A stretch of DNA of 64,000 bases from Nitrospirota bacterium (GTDB lineage Bacteria; Nitrospirota; UBA9217). Positions 1 through 10,294 of this stretch are shown one piece after another. Both the position numbers and the translations under genes were made by a program. The notes below the pieces were generated by a model. It saw only the letters and a program-made list of their open reading frames with translations, searched no databases and was not told the DNA's origin. The first letter of the stretch is position 1. Every line of letters starts with the position of its first letter. Location of the stretch: the NCBI GenBank assembly GCA_963755045.1, contig CAVWIL010000007.1, positions 205,322 through 269,321 on the forward strand, given 5' to 3'.

Positions 1-1
1 A

Positions 2-247
2 AGCTACAGTGTGTCGCCTTTTCTGTTCATGGTCATTCCGTACTGCGGGGTGTTGATCACGCCACTCTGGGCGCTGTCTCTTTTTATGATCGGGATCAGG
101 GACGCGCATGAGACCACCGGTGGCAAAGCGACCGCTGCTGTTCTCTTTCCTTTCCTGTTCTGCTGCGGGATGATGGTTCTGGCGGTCTTTTTGTTCATGG
201 GTGCCATCGCCTCGTCCTTCGGCGCCCTGATGCACATGTATAAGTGA
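2..247 (+). CDS. C-terminal part of a polytopic membrane protein (family uncertain, Yip1-like guess); 5' end outside window
   Basis: Frame open from base 2 to the stop at 245-247. Strongly hydrophobic helices (FLFMVIPYCGVLITPLWALSLFMI; AAVLFPFLFCCGMMVLAVFLFMGAI). Confidence 0.4.
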   Translation, partial: SYSVSPFLFMVIPYCGVLITPLWALSLFMIGIRDAHETTGGKATAAVLFPFLFCCGMMVLAVFLFMGAIASSFGALMHMYK

Positions 248-262
248 TGTGAGATCTCCGAC

Positions 263-670
263 ATGCAACTGCTCCTGAAAAAGAGGACCCCGGACCAGAT
301 AGAATTCGGCATCATCTACGGAGGCATCGCGCTCGTGATCCTCGGCGCTGGATGGCTGCAGTCGATCCTCTCATTCGCCCCGGACTGCGTGTTCAAAGGA
401 CTGACAGGTATTCCCTGTCTCACCTGCGGTTCTACTCGGTCGGTGGTGCATTTGTCCCATGGCGATATCCTGTCTGCGTTTACCATGAATCCCCTGACGA
501 CCCTGTGCCTGATGTCGGCGGTGCTGTATTTTATCTATAGTCTTATGAGCGCTGCATTTCATCTCCCCCGTATCAGTTTCCTTTTCACCGATAAGGAGAG
601 AACTATCATGAGAGCGGGAGTGGTCATGCTTCTGCTGGTGCAATGGGCTTATCTCATTATTCTGACCTGA
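263..670 (+). CDS. DUF2752 domain membrane protein
   Basis: 135-aa ORF with the GIPCLTCGSTRS (CxxCGxTR) motif and flanking TM helices typical of DUF2752. Confidence 0.65.
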   Translation: MQLLLKKRTPDQIEFGIIYGGIALVILGAGWLQSILSFAPDCVFKGLTGIPCLTCGSTRSVVHLSHGDILSAFTMNPLTTLCLMSAVLYFIYSLMSAAFHLPRISFLFTDKERTIMRAGVVMLLLVQWAYLIILT

Positions 671-789
671 TCATTCCTTTTTCTGTTGATGCCGCCTGGC
701 AACAATCTTATTTACATTCTTACCTCAGTATGTTATCATGCCAATCTTTATTAATATCCTATAATTTTGAGTAGTTACGGAGGTCATGT

Positions 790-1755
790 GTGGGCCCTGT
801 CGTAATCGGCGTGGACCTTGGCGGTACGAACCTGAGGACGGCGCTCTTAAGCGTCAACGGGGATATCCTCGACAAGCGCAAAGAGGCTACGAACGCTTCG
901 GATGGATGGAAAAAGGTCGTAGCGCGTCTGGTTGATAATATCTCGCAGCAGCGGGAGATCGCCGCGCAGCGCGGACTGAGCGTTATGGCGGTCGGCGTCG
1001 GGGCGCCCGGCGTTATCCTGATGGACAAGGGCGTTGTCGTGAAGTCTCCGAACTTCCCGGACTGGAACAATCTCCCCCTCAGGGATGAACTGGAAACGGC
1101 GCTCCGCATTCCGGTTGTTATCGAGAACGACGCCAATGCAGCGGCACTCGGAGAGCAGTGGCGCGGCGCGGGACGAGGCATCAATAGTATGATCCTGTTG
1201 ACGCTCGGAACGGGTGTGGGCGGCGGGATCGTCCTCGATAATAAGATCTGGCAGGGCGCTGATGGAATGGCAGGCGAGATTGGGCATATGACGCTGGTCC
1301 CTGACGGGCGGCAATGTGGATGCGGCAACTCCGGTTGCCTTGAAATGTACGCTTCAGCGCGCGGTATTGTTCAAAGTTACCGGGAAGCCAGGGGAATGCT
1401 GGAAGTACATCAGCTTTCCGATGTGACGTCAGCGCAGATCTATCAGGCAGCGAGGAATGGTGATCCCATCGCCCGGCAGGTAATGAAGGACATGGGATCC
1501 ATGCTCGGCATCGGCATCGCGAACCTGATCAATATCTTTAACCCGAACATGATCGTGATCGGCGGCGGCGTCAAGGATGCCTGGGACCTTTTTATCGGCG
1601 CTACTCACGAGGAGATCATGAAACGGGCCTTTCAGGTGCCGGCAGAGCGGACCGAGATTGTTCCGTCACTGCTCGGCGATGACGCGGGTATGGTCGGCGC
1701 AGCCGCCGGTGGCGTTACAGAAGATACAGCCGGCGTAAGGCGCATACCCTCATGA
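790..1755 (+). CDS. ROK family glucokinase
   Basis: GTG start 7 nt after GGAGG. Motifs VIGVDLGGTN, ENDANAAALGE, GHM and the ROK zinc motif CGCGNSGCLE. Confidence 0.85.
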   Translation: MGPVVIGVDLGGTNLRTALLSVNGDILDKRKEATNASDGWKKVVARLVDNISQQREIAAQRGLSVMAVGVGAPGVILMDKGVVVKSPNFPDWNNLPLRDELETALRIPVVIENDANAAALGEQWRGAGRGINSMILLTLGTGVGGGIVLDNKIWQGADGMAGEIGHMTLVPDGRQCGCGNSGCLEMYASARGIVQSYREARGMLEVHQLSDVTSAQIYQAARNGDPIARQVMKDMGSMLGIGIANLINIFNPNMIVIGGGVKDAWDLFIGATHEEIMKRAFQVPAERTEIVPSLLGDDAGMVGAAAGGVTEDTAGVRRIPS

Positions 1756-1829
1756 TGAATGTAAAAATGCAGAGTGCAAAATGCAAAAGTCGAAATGAAG
1801 GGTAACTTCATAATGAAGTCGCAAAAGGT

Positions 1830-1907
1830 CGTCATTCCCGCTTGCCGGGAATCGTAGTGTTCTGCAATATTCTTATAAGAGACGATTCCGGACGAGCCGG
1901 AATGACG
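1830..1907. repeat. Pair of inverted GTCATTCC-type palindromic units
   Basis: cgtcattcccgcttgccgggaatcg (1830-1854) and cgattccggacgagccggaatgacg (1883-1907) are each hairpins and are mutual inverted repeats. The same architecture occurs at 39599-39678. Confidence 0.7.
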
Positions 1908-1952
1908 TCAAAAAAGAGTTATTCGACCGCGATCTGGAATTTGAAATAGATT

Positions 1953-3764
1953 ATGGCCGGCACTAATATCAGGAATTTCTGCATCATTGCGCATATCGAC
2001 CACGGCAAGTCCACTCTCGCCGACCGTATCCTTGAGTTCACCGGGGCGCTTTCCGACCGGGAAATGTCTGCTGCAGGCAGCAACCAGGTACTGGACGACA
2101 TGGACCTGGAGCGTGAACGCGGCATTACCATCAAGGCCCATGCGGTGCGTCTCCAGTATAAGGCGAACGACGGCCAGAGCTATATCCTGAACCTCATCGA
2201 CACGCCGGGGCATGTGGACTTTACCTACGAGGTCTCCCGGAGCATGGCGGCCTGCGAAGGCGCGCTGCTCGTGGTGGACGCGTCCCAGGGTGTCGAGGCA
2301 CAGACGCTGGCCAACGCGTACCTTGCGCTCGATCACAACCTCGAGATGATCCCGGTGATCAACAAGATCGATCTGCCGAGCGCAAACATCGAGGAGGCGA
2401 AGCACCAGATCGAAGAGGTCATAGGACTTGACGCCTCGGGTGCCATTCCCGCGAGCGCCAAAGCGGGGATCGGTATTCACGAGATCCTCGAGTCGATCGT
2501 CAAAAATATCCCGGCCCCTCCCGGAGACCCCGATGCGCCGCTCAAAGCGCTGTTGTTCGACTCCTGGTATGACACGTACCAGGGGGTGGTCATTCTGGTC
2601 CGGGTCGTGGACGGCGTTGTGCGACCGAAGCAGAAGATCAAGCTGTTCTCTAATTCCGCGGTCTACGAAGTGCAGTCCGTCGGGGTCTTCACGCCGAAGA
2701 TGCAGTTGAAAACGGAATTGTTCCCGGGTGAGGTGGGCTGCATCATCGCGGGCATCAAGCGGGTTGCGGATGCCAAGATCGGCGATACGGTCATGGACGA
2801 CGATAGACCGGCTGACGCGCCGCTCCCGGGGTACAAAGACGTAAAGCCCATGGTCTTCGCCGGCATCTACCCGGTGGACAGCGACGGTTATGCCGATCTG
2901 CGCGACGCCCTTGAAAAACTGCGTTTGAATGACGCTTCGTTCACCTATGAACCTGAAACGTCGCTCGCGCTGGGATTCGGCTTCCGGTGCGGTTTTCTCG
3001 GCCTCCTGCATATGGATATCGTAAAGGAACGGCTCGAGCGGGAGTTCAAGCTCGATCTGATCCCGACAGCACCGACGGTCGTGTACCGGGTGACCAGGAA
3101 CGACGGCACCATCATGATGGTGGACAACCCCGCCAGGATGCCGGACATCCAGGATATCCAGCGCATCGAGGAGCCGATGATCGTGGCCTCGCTCATCACG
3201 CCGGAGCAGTACGTGGGGTCGCTGATCGCATTGTGTCAGGAACGGCGCGGCAACCAGCGGGAGATCGAGTATATCACCAAGGACCGTGTGCGGATCACCT
3301 ACGATCTTCCCCTGAACGAGATCGTGATGGACTTCTATGACCGGCTCAAATCACTGACCAAGGGATATGCCTCGCTTGATTACGAACTGTCGGGCTATCT
3401 CGAGTCCGATCTCGTGAAACTCGATGTGCTGATGAACGGGGAGCCCGTGGATGCCCTGTCGCTCATCACCCATCGCGACAAGGCCGCGGCCCGCGGCAGG
3501 CAGCTCGCGGAAAAGCTCAAGGAAGTGATCCCGCGGCAGTTATATGAGGTGATCATCCAGGCCGCGATCGGCTCCAAGATCATCGCGCGGGAGACGGTCA
3601 GGCCGTTGCGCAAGGACGTGACCGCGAAGTGCTACGGCGGCGATATCACGCGAAAACGCAAGCTTCTGGAAAAACAGAAGGAAGGCAAGAAAAGGATGAA
3701 GCAGGTCGGCAGCGTCGAGCTTCCGCAGGAGGCGTTTTTGGCGGTGCTGAAGGTGGGAGAGTAG
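1953..3764 (+). CDS. lepA: Elongation factor 4 (LepA)
   Basis: 603 aa. GTPase motifs [21 protein letters not shown]. LepA C-terminal domain. lepA-lepB synteny. Confidence 0.97.
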   Translation: MAGTNIRNFCIIAHIDHGKSTLADRILEFTGALSDREMSAAGSNQVLDDMDLERERGITIKAHAVRLQYKANDGQSYILNLIDTPGHVDFTYEVSRSMAACEGALLVVDASQGVEAQTLANAYLALDHNLEMIPVINKIDLPSANIEEAKHQIEEVIGLDASGAIPASAKAGIGIHEILESIVKNIPAPPGDPDAPLKALLFDSWYDTYQGVVILVRVVDGVVRPKQKIKLFSNSAVYEVQSVGVFTPKMQLKTELFPGEVGCIIAGIKRVADAKIGDTVMDDDRPADAPLPGYKDVKPMVFAGIYPVDSDGYADLRDALEKLRLNDASFTYEPETSLALGFGFRCGFLGLLHMDIVKERLEREFKLDLIPTAPTVVYRVTRNDGTIMMVDNPARMPDIQDIQRIEEPMIVASLITPEQYVGSLIALCQERRGNQREIEYITKDRVRITYDLPLNEIVMDFYDRLKSLTKGYASLDYELSGYLESDLVKLDVLMNGEPVDALSLITHRDKAAARGRQLAEKLKEVIPRQLYEVIIQAAIGSKIIARETVRPLRKDVTAKCYGGDITRKRKLLEKQKEGKKRMKQVGSVELPQEAFLAVLKVGE

Positions 3765-3776
3765 TTTCAAAAAAAC

Positions 3777-3885
3777 TAATTGGAAATTGAAGATTGAAAA
3801 TTGGAAATTGTAAAATGAGGCAGGAAACCCACGGTTTCCATGATTTTCACTTTGAAATTTCCAATTTCCAATTTAAAATTTCCAA
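3777..3885. repeat. Long imperfect palindrome built from GGAAATT / AATTTCC words in the lepA-lepB spacer
   Basis: Left arm aattggaaattgaagattgaaaattggaaattg. Right arm tttgaaatttccaatttccaatttaaaatttccaat. Central hairpin ggaaacc-cac-ggtttcc. Confidence 0.75.
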
Positions 3886-3916
3886 TAAAGGCCGTACCTC
3901 AGGCCGTTCGGGAGGC

Positions 3917-4630
3917 ATGATGCCGCAACCAGAACAGAAACAGGAAGTGAAACACAAGTCATTTTACAAGGAGTGGATCGAACCATTTCTTATCGCGGCG
4001 GTCGTGGCTTTATTCATCCGGCAGTTCGCGGTCGAGGCATTCAAGATACCGTCGGGATCGATGATACCGACGCTCGACATCGGCGACCACCTGCTGGTGA
4101 ACAAGTTCGTCTATGGCCCGCGGATACCGTTTACGGACATCAGGATTTTCACCTGGAAAGAGCCGAAGCGCGGCGAGATCATCGTCTTCAAATATCCGGA
4201 GGACGAAGCAAAAAACTTCATTAAACGCATCGTCGGCCTCCAGGGAGACAAGATCGAGATCAAAAAGGGGGTCCTGTTCATCAACGATCAGCCTGTGCCG
4301 GTCATCGCGGAAGGTGCGGTCAAGGACAGCGAAAAGGCCGGCGGCTCTCCCTATTATGGACAACCGAAGTTGTTTGAAGAACAGCTTGGCAGCGTAAAAC
4401 ATCAGATTCAATATCTTCGCGACCAGTCGGGCCTGGATTTCGGTCCCAAGCTGGTGCCGGCTGATTCAGTATTTGTGATGGGAGATAACCGCGATAACAG
4501 CCAGGACAGCCGGGTTTGGGGTTTCGTAAAGTACGATAAGATCCTCGGCCGGGCGCTCATCATCTACTGGTCATGGGATGGAGACGACCGTTGGATACGG
4601 TGGGAGCGAATAGGGAGGCTGATACGGTAA
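3917..4630 (+). CDS. lepB: Signal peptidase I
   Basis: The ORF track starts at 3794, but GGAGG plus ATG at 3917 avoids the palindrome. Boxes SGSMIPTL, GDHLLVNKF, GDNRDNSQDSR. Confidence 0.93.
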   Translation: MMPQPEQKQEVKHKSFYKEWIEPFLIAAVVALFIRQFAVEAFKIPSGSMIPTLDIGDHLLVNKFVYGPRIPFTDIRIFTWKEPKRGEIIVFKYPEDEAKNFIKRIVGLQGDKIEIKKGVLFINDQPVPVIAEGAVKDSEKAGGSPYYGQPKLFEEQLGSVKHQIQYLRDQSGLDFGPKLVPADSVFVMGDNRDNSQDSRVWGFVKYDKILGRALIIYWSWDGDDRWIRWERIGRLIR

Positions 4631-4647
4631 AGAAGGAGGACACGAAC

Positions 4648-5043
4648 ATGCCTGGAATTTCGAAGGACAACGGATTTATCAGCTTTAAAGCAATATTTGT
4701 TCTTCTGCTTTTATTCATCGTCATTCATATCGGCGCCAAAGTAATTCCGATGTACGTTGATGCGGAAGCAATGAAGGATGAAATGGTCACTAAGGCACGA
4801 TTTGCGCAGACCATTAAAGACGAGGAAATAGTGACCGAGCTCGTGAAAAAAGCAAAGACGATAGGTCTGCCGCTCAAACCTGACGATTTTAAACTGATGC
4901 GTAATGAGGATACGCACCGCATGAAGATCGGTACGGCGTGGGATGTGACAATCTTTTTCTTTTATGATCTCTATCCGCCGTACACAACCAGGACCTTTCA
5001 TTTTAGGCCGATCGTTGAAGAGGATTATACGAGAAAGTTCTGA
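4648..5043 (+). CDS. Hypothetical membrane-anchored protein
   Basis: AAGGAGGA RBS before ATG 4648. One N-terminal TM helix (FKAIFVLLLLFIVIHIGAKVI). No family recognised. Confidence 0.55.
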   Translation: MPGISKDNGFISFKAIFVLLLLFIVIHIGAKVIPMYVDAEAMKDEMVTKARFAQTIKDEEIVTELVKKAKTIGLPLKPDDFKLMRNEDTHRMKIGTAWDVTIFFFYDLYPPYTTRTFHFRPIVEEDYTRKF

Positions 5044-5271
5044 TGCGGTAAGTTCGGACGATAAGTTAGACATTGGCGAAAGTATCGAAGCAGTAAATTA
5101 ATATTAATCTGATTTAAATTATTGATATGCCTTTTTTGGACGCTCTGCATCTTAATCCTCATTCTATCAAGCCAGCGGAGATTGATTTTGGTGTGATCTC
5201 CGTATCTAGGAATGTGAACAGATTGTACATGTGCGAATTTGCGTACTAGGTTCAGGTAAGGTGAATTAACA

Positions 5272-6154
5272 ATGATACGCAGCATGACCGGATACGGACG
5301 GATGGAAGCGGGCGATGCAGGCAGTCACTTTTCCCTGGAGATCCGCTCGTTGAACAACCGGTACCTTGATATCCAGATAAAGTTACCCCGCGGGCTTGCG
5401 GTCCTTGAGTCGCGGGTGAAAAAGACCGTTCAGGAACGTTTTTCCCGGGGACGGTTCGATGTCTCCATTACCAGGAACGGCGGGCAAGAAAGCGCCGGCA
5501 AGCTGGTCGTGAACGACGCATTGGCGTCGCAGTACATCGGGATCCTGGAGGACCTCAAGCAGCGGTTCGGGTTGAGCGGGGAGGTAGATCTCTCCCTGGT
5601 GTCCGGTCTTACGGACCTCATCACGATGACCGAGGTAAAGGAGGACCCGGAGAACCTCTGGCAGATCCTGTCAAAAGGCCTGTCGCAGGCGCTTGACGAG
5701 CTCGATCGGATGCGCAATGAAGAGGGCGCCGTGCTGGCGCAGGATATCGGGACGCGTCTCGATACCGTCGACCGAACGGGTCAGGCCATCCGTGCCCGGG
5801 TCCCGGTTACCATCGACAACACCCGCAAGCGGATGACGGAAACCCTGAACAGGCTGCTGGCCGAACAACCCGATCCGCTCAGACTGGCGCAGGAAATAGC
5901 GATCCTCGCGGAGCGCACGGACGTTACCGAGGAGCTCACCCGTCTGGATTGCCACATGGCGCAATTCCGGGTCATTGCTGGGAGGTTCTTCGCGTGAGGC
6001 CGTGGGCAGGAAACTTGATTTTCTGATGCAGGAGATGGGAAGAGAAGTGAACACCATCGCATCCAAGGCAATGGACGCGCAGATATCCATGGATGTGGTG
6101 AATGTCAAGGCAGAGCTGGAAAAGATACGCGAACAGGTCCAGAATATCGAATAA
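5272..6154 (+). pseudogene. yicC: YicC/YloC family protein with one apparent frameshift
   Basis: N-terminus MTGYGR is typical of YicC. The first frame stops at 5995-5997. The conserved C-terminus [25 protein letters not shown]...[15 protein letters not shown] continues in another frame to TAA 6152-6154. The shift is localised near 5965-5972 (ttccggg). Confidence 0.8.
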
Positions 6155-6214
6155 TGGTAATTACTCAGCACCTCTGAAACGAGAAGGGTGTTACAACAAA
6201 TAAGAACCTTTTTA

Positions 6215-6297
6215 TCCGCAGATTTCGCAGATGGACGCAGATTTTAAAAAAAATAAATCAGGTTCGATTTGATCTGCGAAATCTGCGAATCTGCGGA
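6215..6297. repeat. Palindromic spacer built from GCAGAT / ATCTGC words
   Basis: tccgcagatttcgcagatggacgcagat ... atctgcgaaatctgcgaatctgcgga with an A-rich loop. Confidence 0.7.
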
Positions 6298-6330
6298 CAA
6301 TATTTTGACCTGAGCAGTTACGAATAATGT

Positions 6331-6582
6331 ATGGTAAATAACCTCGTCAATATCGGATACGGCAACATGGTGATGGCGACCAAGGTCGTGGCGGTCCTCT
6401 CGCCCGACTCTGCGCCCATGCGGCGGCTCAAGGATGAAGCGAAAGAGCAGAAGCGGCTGCTTGACGCCACCCAGGGGAGAAAGACCCGGGCGATCATCAT
6501 CACCGACAGCGACCATGTCATTCTCTCTGCGGTGCAGGTCGAGACCCTGATGCAGAGATTTGCCACCGGGAGTGAACCGTGA
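6331..6582 (+). CDS. remA: RemA/DUF370 family regulator
   Basis: [37 protein letters not shown] match the RemA family. Position between yicC and gmk as in Bacillus. Confidence 0.85.
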   Translation: MVNNLVNIGYGNMVMATKVVAVLSPDSAPMRRLKDEAKEQKRLLDATQGRKTRAIIITDSDHVILSAVQVETLMQRFATGSEP

Positions 6583-7187
6583 AGAGAAAACAAGGGCTGC
6601 TGTTCGTGGTTTCAGCGCCGTCGGGCGCGGGCAAGACGAGCCTGTGCGGGGCCATTACCGACACGCTGGAGAAACTTACCCATTCGGTTTCCTATGCCAC
6701 GCGCAAACCGCGTTCCGGCGAGATCGACGGGAGGGACTACTATTTCGTGAGCCAGGAGCGTTTTCGGGAAATGATCGATGCGGGTGATTTCGCGGAATGG
6801 GCCGAGGTCCACGGGAATCTCTACGGGACGTCACGGCGGGTGCTTGATGTCATGCTCTCGAAGGGCCGTGATGTGATCCTCGATATCGACACACAGGGGG
6901 CAAAACAGATCAAGGCAAAATATGATACCGCGGTGTTCATTTTTATCATGCCGCCGTCGCTCGATATCCTCGAGGAGCGTCTCAGAAACCGCAAGTCGGA
7001 CGACGAGGACGAGATCAAGAGGCGGATGAAACGGTCGCGCGAAGAGATCAAAGACTATGCCATGTACGACTACCTTATTGTCAACCGGGATTTCGACAGG
7101 GCGCTGACCGAACTGCGGTCCGTTGTTATCGCGGAACGGTGCCGCATCGGGCTTATGGATACTACGTGGATCGAAGGGATAATTTAA
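6579..7187 (+). CDS. gmk: Guanylate kinase
   Basis: GTG overlapping the remA stop. [12 protein letters not shown]-loop, [29 protein letters not shown]. Confidence 0.95.
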   Translation: MKRKQGLLFVVSAPSGAGKTSLCGAITDTLEKLTHSVSYATRKPRSGEIDGRDYYFVSQERFREMIDAGDFAEWAEVHGNLYGTSRRVLDVMLSKGRDVILDIDTQGAKQIKAKYDTAVFIFIMPPSLDILEERLRNRKSDDEDEIKRRMKRSREEIKDYAMYDYLIVNRDFDRALTELRSVVIAERCRIGLMDTTWIEGII

Positions 7188-7192
7188 GTTAA

Positions 7193-7947
7193 GGTTCTCC
7201 CGGGTTTTCTGTGGATCGTTTTTATCTGTTCCTGACTAAGCACCTGTCATGATCCTATTTTTTTTCTGCACCCCAGTTCACAGCTCCGCGCAGAGCATGA
7301 TTGCTGGTACTGATAACAAGCCTGTTCGAGCAGCGCAGCACTTCCCCTCGCCCGGGGAACGAGCTCGGCCGTGTCTGCCTGGCTTTGTAGCACATCGGTC
7401 TTTTCTACCTTACCATGCTTGTGCGCGAACCTGTTCATGGGATGCAGGGGCTTCTGAAAAGGCAAAGATATGAGTCGTCTCCCCAACCCGTAGAGGTTAA
7501 TTCTTCACTTAGTGGGGTAGCCTTTTAAGTTCTGCCGTTCCCTTGCGTCGGGGACGTGCGGTGTTGAGGGTAGAGCCAAGACTTTGATGCTTTACCCCCA
7601 TGCGAAAATTTAGGCATGCGACCGAGTCCGAGGGTTAAGCATTTCGGACTGTCTGAGCCCGCAGGGCGAGTTTCCGAAATGTACTGAGGACGACTGAGCA
7701 CACCGTGAAGAATTTTCGTCGGGTGCCCTTCTTTGGGTCACCTTTCTTGGGCACGCAAGAAAGGTGACAGTAAGGGGCGAGGGTGGAGTGATGCGAGTCC
7801 TGCATATCAGGGTGAGGTACTGTATATCTTCCCGGCAAGCTGCGCGGCCGAGTGATGAGCTACCCAAAAAAAACAGTGAGCAGAGTGTTAATGAAAAATA
7901 AATAGCGGTATTTGCAATTAAGTGACCCGCGTAAAGGTCAGAAGATC
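7193..7947 (-). mobile_element. Non-coding repeat element, family A, full-length copy A1 with both terminal inverted repeats and a nested family-B core
   Basis: Ends are ggttctcccgggttttctgtgg (7193) and gtcagaagatcc (to 7947), matching the B-element TIRs. 7193-7555 and 7770-7885 are homologous in reverse orientation to 46814-47299 and 50026-50569. 7597-7769 is homologous to 10034-10206. It fills the gmk-rpoZ spacer. Confidence 0.8.
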
Positions 7948-7989
7948 CTAATTTCAAAACAAGAGATTTACCATTCTAGGAGGTGCACA

Positions 7990-8424
7990 ATGTTAAAAGC
8001 AGCAGAAGATCTGATTTCTCTCCCCATCGAGATGAAGGACTCAATTGCCGACACAAAATTCCGTCTGGTGCACATCGCGTCTCAGCGGGTGAGGCAGCTC
8101 TCCGCCGGCGCCCCGATGGAGGTTATTACGCACTCCATCAAGGACACGACCGTTGCACTGGAAGAGGCTGTCGCGGGAAAGTTCAAGGTCATCGTCGGAG
8201 AAGCGGCCAATGTGGCCAAGGAAGAGTTCCGCAAGCGGGAAGAGCGCGCGAAGGCAGATGCGGTGCTTTCCGCCAAGGAAGAAGAGATCCGCAAAGAGCT
8301 CAGCGCCTATCTTTCCGAGTCTGCGGAAGAAGAAGGCGCTGAAGAGGCCGAGGGAGAGGCCCCGGCCGAAGATGAGATTGAAGGGGAAGCGGATACGGAA
8401 CATACGGAAGAGACCGAGGAATAG
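7990..8424 (+). CDS. rpoZ: RNA polymerase omega subunit with acidic C-terminal tail
   Basis: AGGAGG then ATG 7990. Core KFRLVHIASQRVRQL. gmk-rpoZ synteny. Confidence 0.85.
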   Translation: MLKAAEDLISLPIEMKDSIADTKFRLVHIASQRVRQLSAGAPMEVITHSIKDTTVALEEAVAGKFKVIVGEAANVAKEEFRKREERAKADAVLSAKEEEIRKELSAYLSESAEEEGAEEAEGEAPAEDEIEGEADTEHTEETEE

Positions 8425-8436
8425 GGAGTCTCAGGC

Positions 8437-9655
8437 GTGGAACAGAGCGGCGTTTTAACGGGGAAACGGATCCTGCTCGGCGTGACCGGCAGTATCGCGG
8501 CATATAAAGCGGTGGACCTGCTGAGAAGGCTGACAGAGCAGGGCGCCGAGGTGCGTGTTGCGATGACAGCTAATGCCGAGAAATTCGTGTCCCGGCTGAC
8601 CTTTGAGACGCTCTCCCGCAGACCGGTCCTGTATGATGAGTTTTCCAGCAGAGACCAGGCCACCATCGGGCACATCGAGATCACCGATGGTCTGGACCTC
8701 GCTCTTGTCGCCCCGGCCACTGCGAACATCATCGGCAAGATCGCCGCAGGCATTGCGGACGACGCCTTGACATCGGCCCTGATGGCGATCGATTGCCCGC
8801 TCCTTATTGCGCCGGCCATGAACGACCGCATGTACCGCAATCCCCGGCTCCAGAGAAACATCATGCTCCTGAAGGATTCCGGCGTGCGGTTTGTCGAACC
8901 CGGTAGTCGGCAGTCTTGCCTGCGGTACCGAGGGCCAGGGCAGGCTTGCGGATACCGACGTTATCATCCAGGAGCTTGCCGCTTGCCTGGCACAAAAAGA
9001 CCTTGCGGGAAAGACCGTGCTGGTAACTGCTGGACCGACCCGCGAGTATATTGATGCGGTCCGCTTTATCAGTAATCCCTCAACCGGGAAAATGGGGTAT
9101 GCGCTTGCCGCTGCGGCACGGGACCGGGGCGCGGAGGTGATCCTGATAACCGGCCCCACCCAGCTTATGCCGCCCCAGGGAATGAAGGTGGTTTCCGTGG
9201 TCAGCGCCGCGGACATGCATCGAGCGGTGATGGAGCATATTGATCGCAGTCATATCGTGATCATGGCCGCAGCGGTCTCCGATTTCAGGCCGCTCCAGAC
9301 ATCGGACCGCAAAATAAAAAAAGAAGACGCGGCCCTATCGCTCGAGCTTGAACGGACCGAGGATATCCTGCTCGAACTCGGCAAGGCGGGAGGAAAGCGG
9401 CTGCTGGTAGGGTTTGCCGCAGAAACTGACGACGTTGAACAGAACGCCGTGAAAAAACTGAAAGACAAACATCTTGATATGATCGTCGTCAATGACCTGC
9501 TCATTAACGGATCGGGATTCGGCGTTGATACGAACGCCGTGACGATCATTGACCGGACAGGGAAGAGGACCGAATTGCCGACCCTGCCGAAAACGCAAGT
9601 TGCCGCTGCAGTCATGACCGCCATCAGTGAATATTCAAAAAAACAGAATGCCTGA
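8437..9655 (+). CDS. coaBC: Bifunctional phosphopantothenoylcysteine decarboxylase / phosphopantothenate-cysteine ligase, with an apparent frameshift
   Basis: CoaC part: GVTGSIAAYK, PAMN. After RFVEPG the conserved GSLACGTEGQGRLAD and the whole CoaB domain continue in another frame. The switch is near 8896-8914. Confidence 0.9.
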
Positions 9656-9777
9656 TCGATTCAACGAGTGATTCTTTAAAAATTTCGTAAGCACCCTGCC
9701 TTGTGAGCCCTTCTTTTTATTTTCCCAGAGACGCCATGCCAAACATTATGAAGGTCTTTGACAAAGCCCTTTCATTT

Positions 9778-10294
9778 TGGATCTTCCGGGTTTTATGTGG
9801 GTAGTTTTTCACCCTTTATCTATTTTCTTGCATATCCCCTTCGTGGCCTGAATTAAATTTTTGACCCGACTAAGGCCACGTCCGCTCGCCCGCGTAAACT
9901 CGGCCTACGGCCTCAGACAGTACGCGTTCGCCCCAGAGGGACGCTGCCTTAGGCCAAGACGGGTGCCCAAAAATTTCATAGGGCCGCTCCGGGGACATGC
10001 GGGGTTGGTTTAAAGACGTTTCACCAAAAGCTTCCCATGCGAAAATCTAGGCATGCGACCGAGTCCGAGGGTTAAGCATTTCGGACTGTCTGAGCCCGAA
10101 GGGCGAGTTTCCGAAATGTACCGAGGACGACCGAGCATGCCGTAAAGGATTTTCGCCGGGTGCCCTTCTTTCGGTCACCTTGCTTGGGCAAGCAAGAAAG
10201 GTGACAACAAACATGAAAAAGGGGCGATAATACTACATAATAAGTCATATAGGAGTTTATTCCACCCACATTAAAGTCAGAAGAGCCTCATTTA
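9778..10294 (+). mobile_element. MITE-like non-coding element, family B, copy B1
   Basis: About 517 bp. By hand alignment about 6 mismatches to the reverse complement of 26183-26698. Imperfect ~28-bp TIRs (ggatcttccgggttttatgtgggtag / reverse complement ggctcttctgactttaatgtgggtgg). No credible ORF. Confidence 0.85.

Noticed and set aside
1908-3011. Long antisense ORFs (1908..3011-, 8455..9216-, 22564..23799-, 24204..25088-, 42592..43512-, 40165..40974-, 33556..34071- and others)
   Set aside because: These are shadow ORFs opposite well-supported GC-rich genes. They have Arg/Pro/Gly/His-biased products and no recognisable domains.
7193-7947. Family A/B repeats as a group II intron, retron, tmRNA or RNase P RNA
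   Set aside because: There is no reverse-transcriptase or other ORF. I could not recognise a GUGYG 5' end with a domain V-like motif, a tRNA-like end with a tag ORF, or RNase P conserved regions. The presence of terminal inverted repeats and multiple dispersed copies fits a MITE better. This is a by-eye judgement only.
7247-7957. Track ORFs inside repeats (7247..7486, 7610..7957, 10072..10269, 26207..26404, 46940..47368, 50153..50572 and others) as protein genes
   Set aside because: They coincide with non-coding repeat copies. The copies differ by indels that break the frames, no RBS is present, and the sequence can be read in several frames with similar low-complexity products.
8891-9655. 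coaBC split interpreted as separate functional coaC and coaB genes
   Set aside because: The frame switch falls inside the CoaC domain, before the conserved LACG active-site flap, rather than at the inter-domain linker. The second ORF would need a TTG start with no RBS. Sequencing error or a genuine defect is more likely than a natural split.
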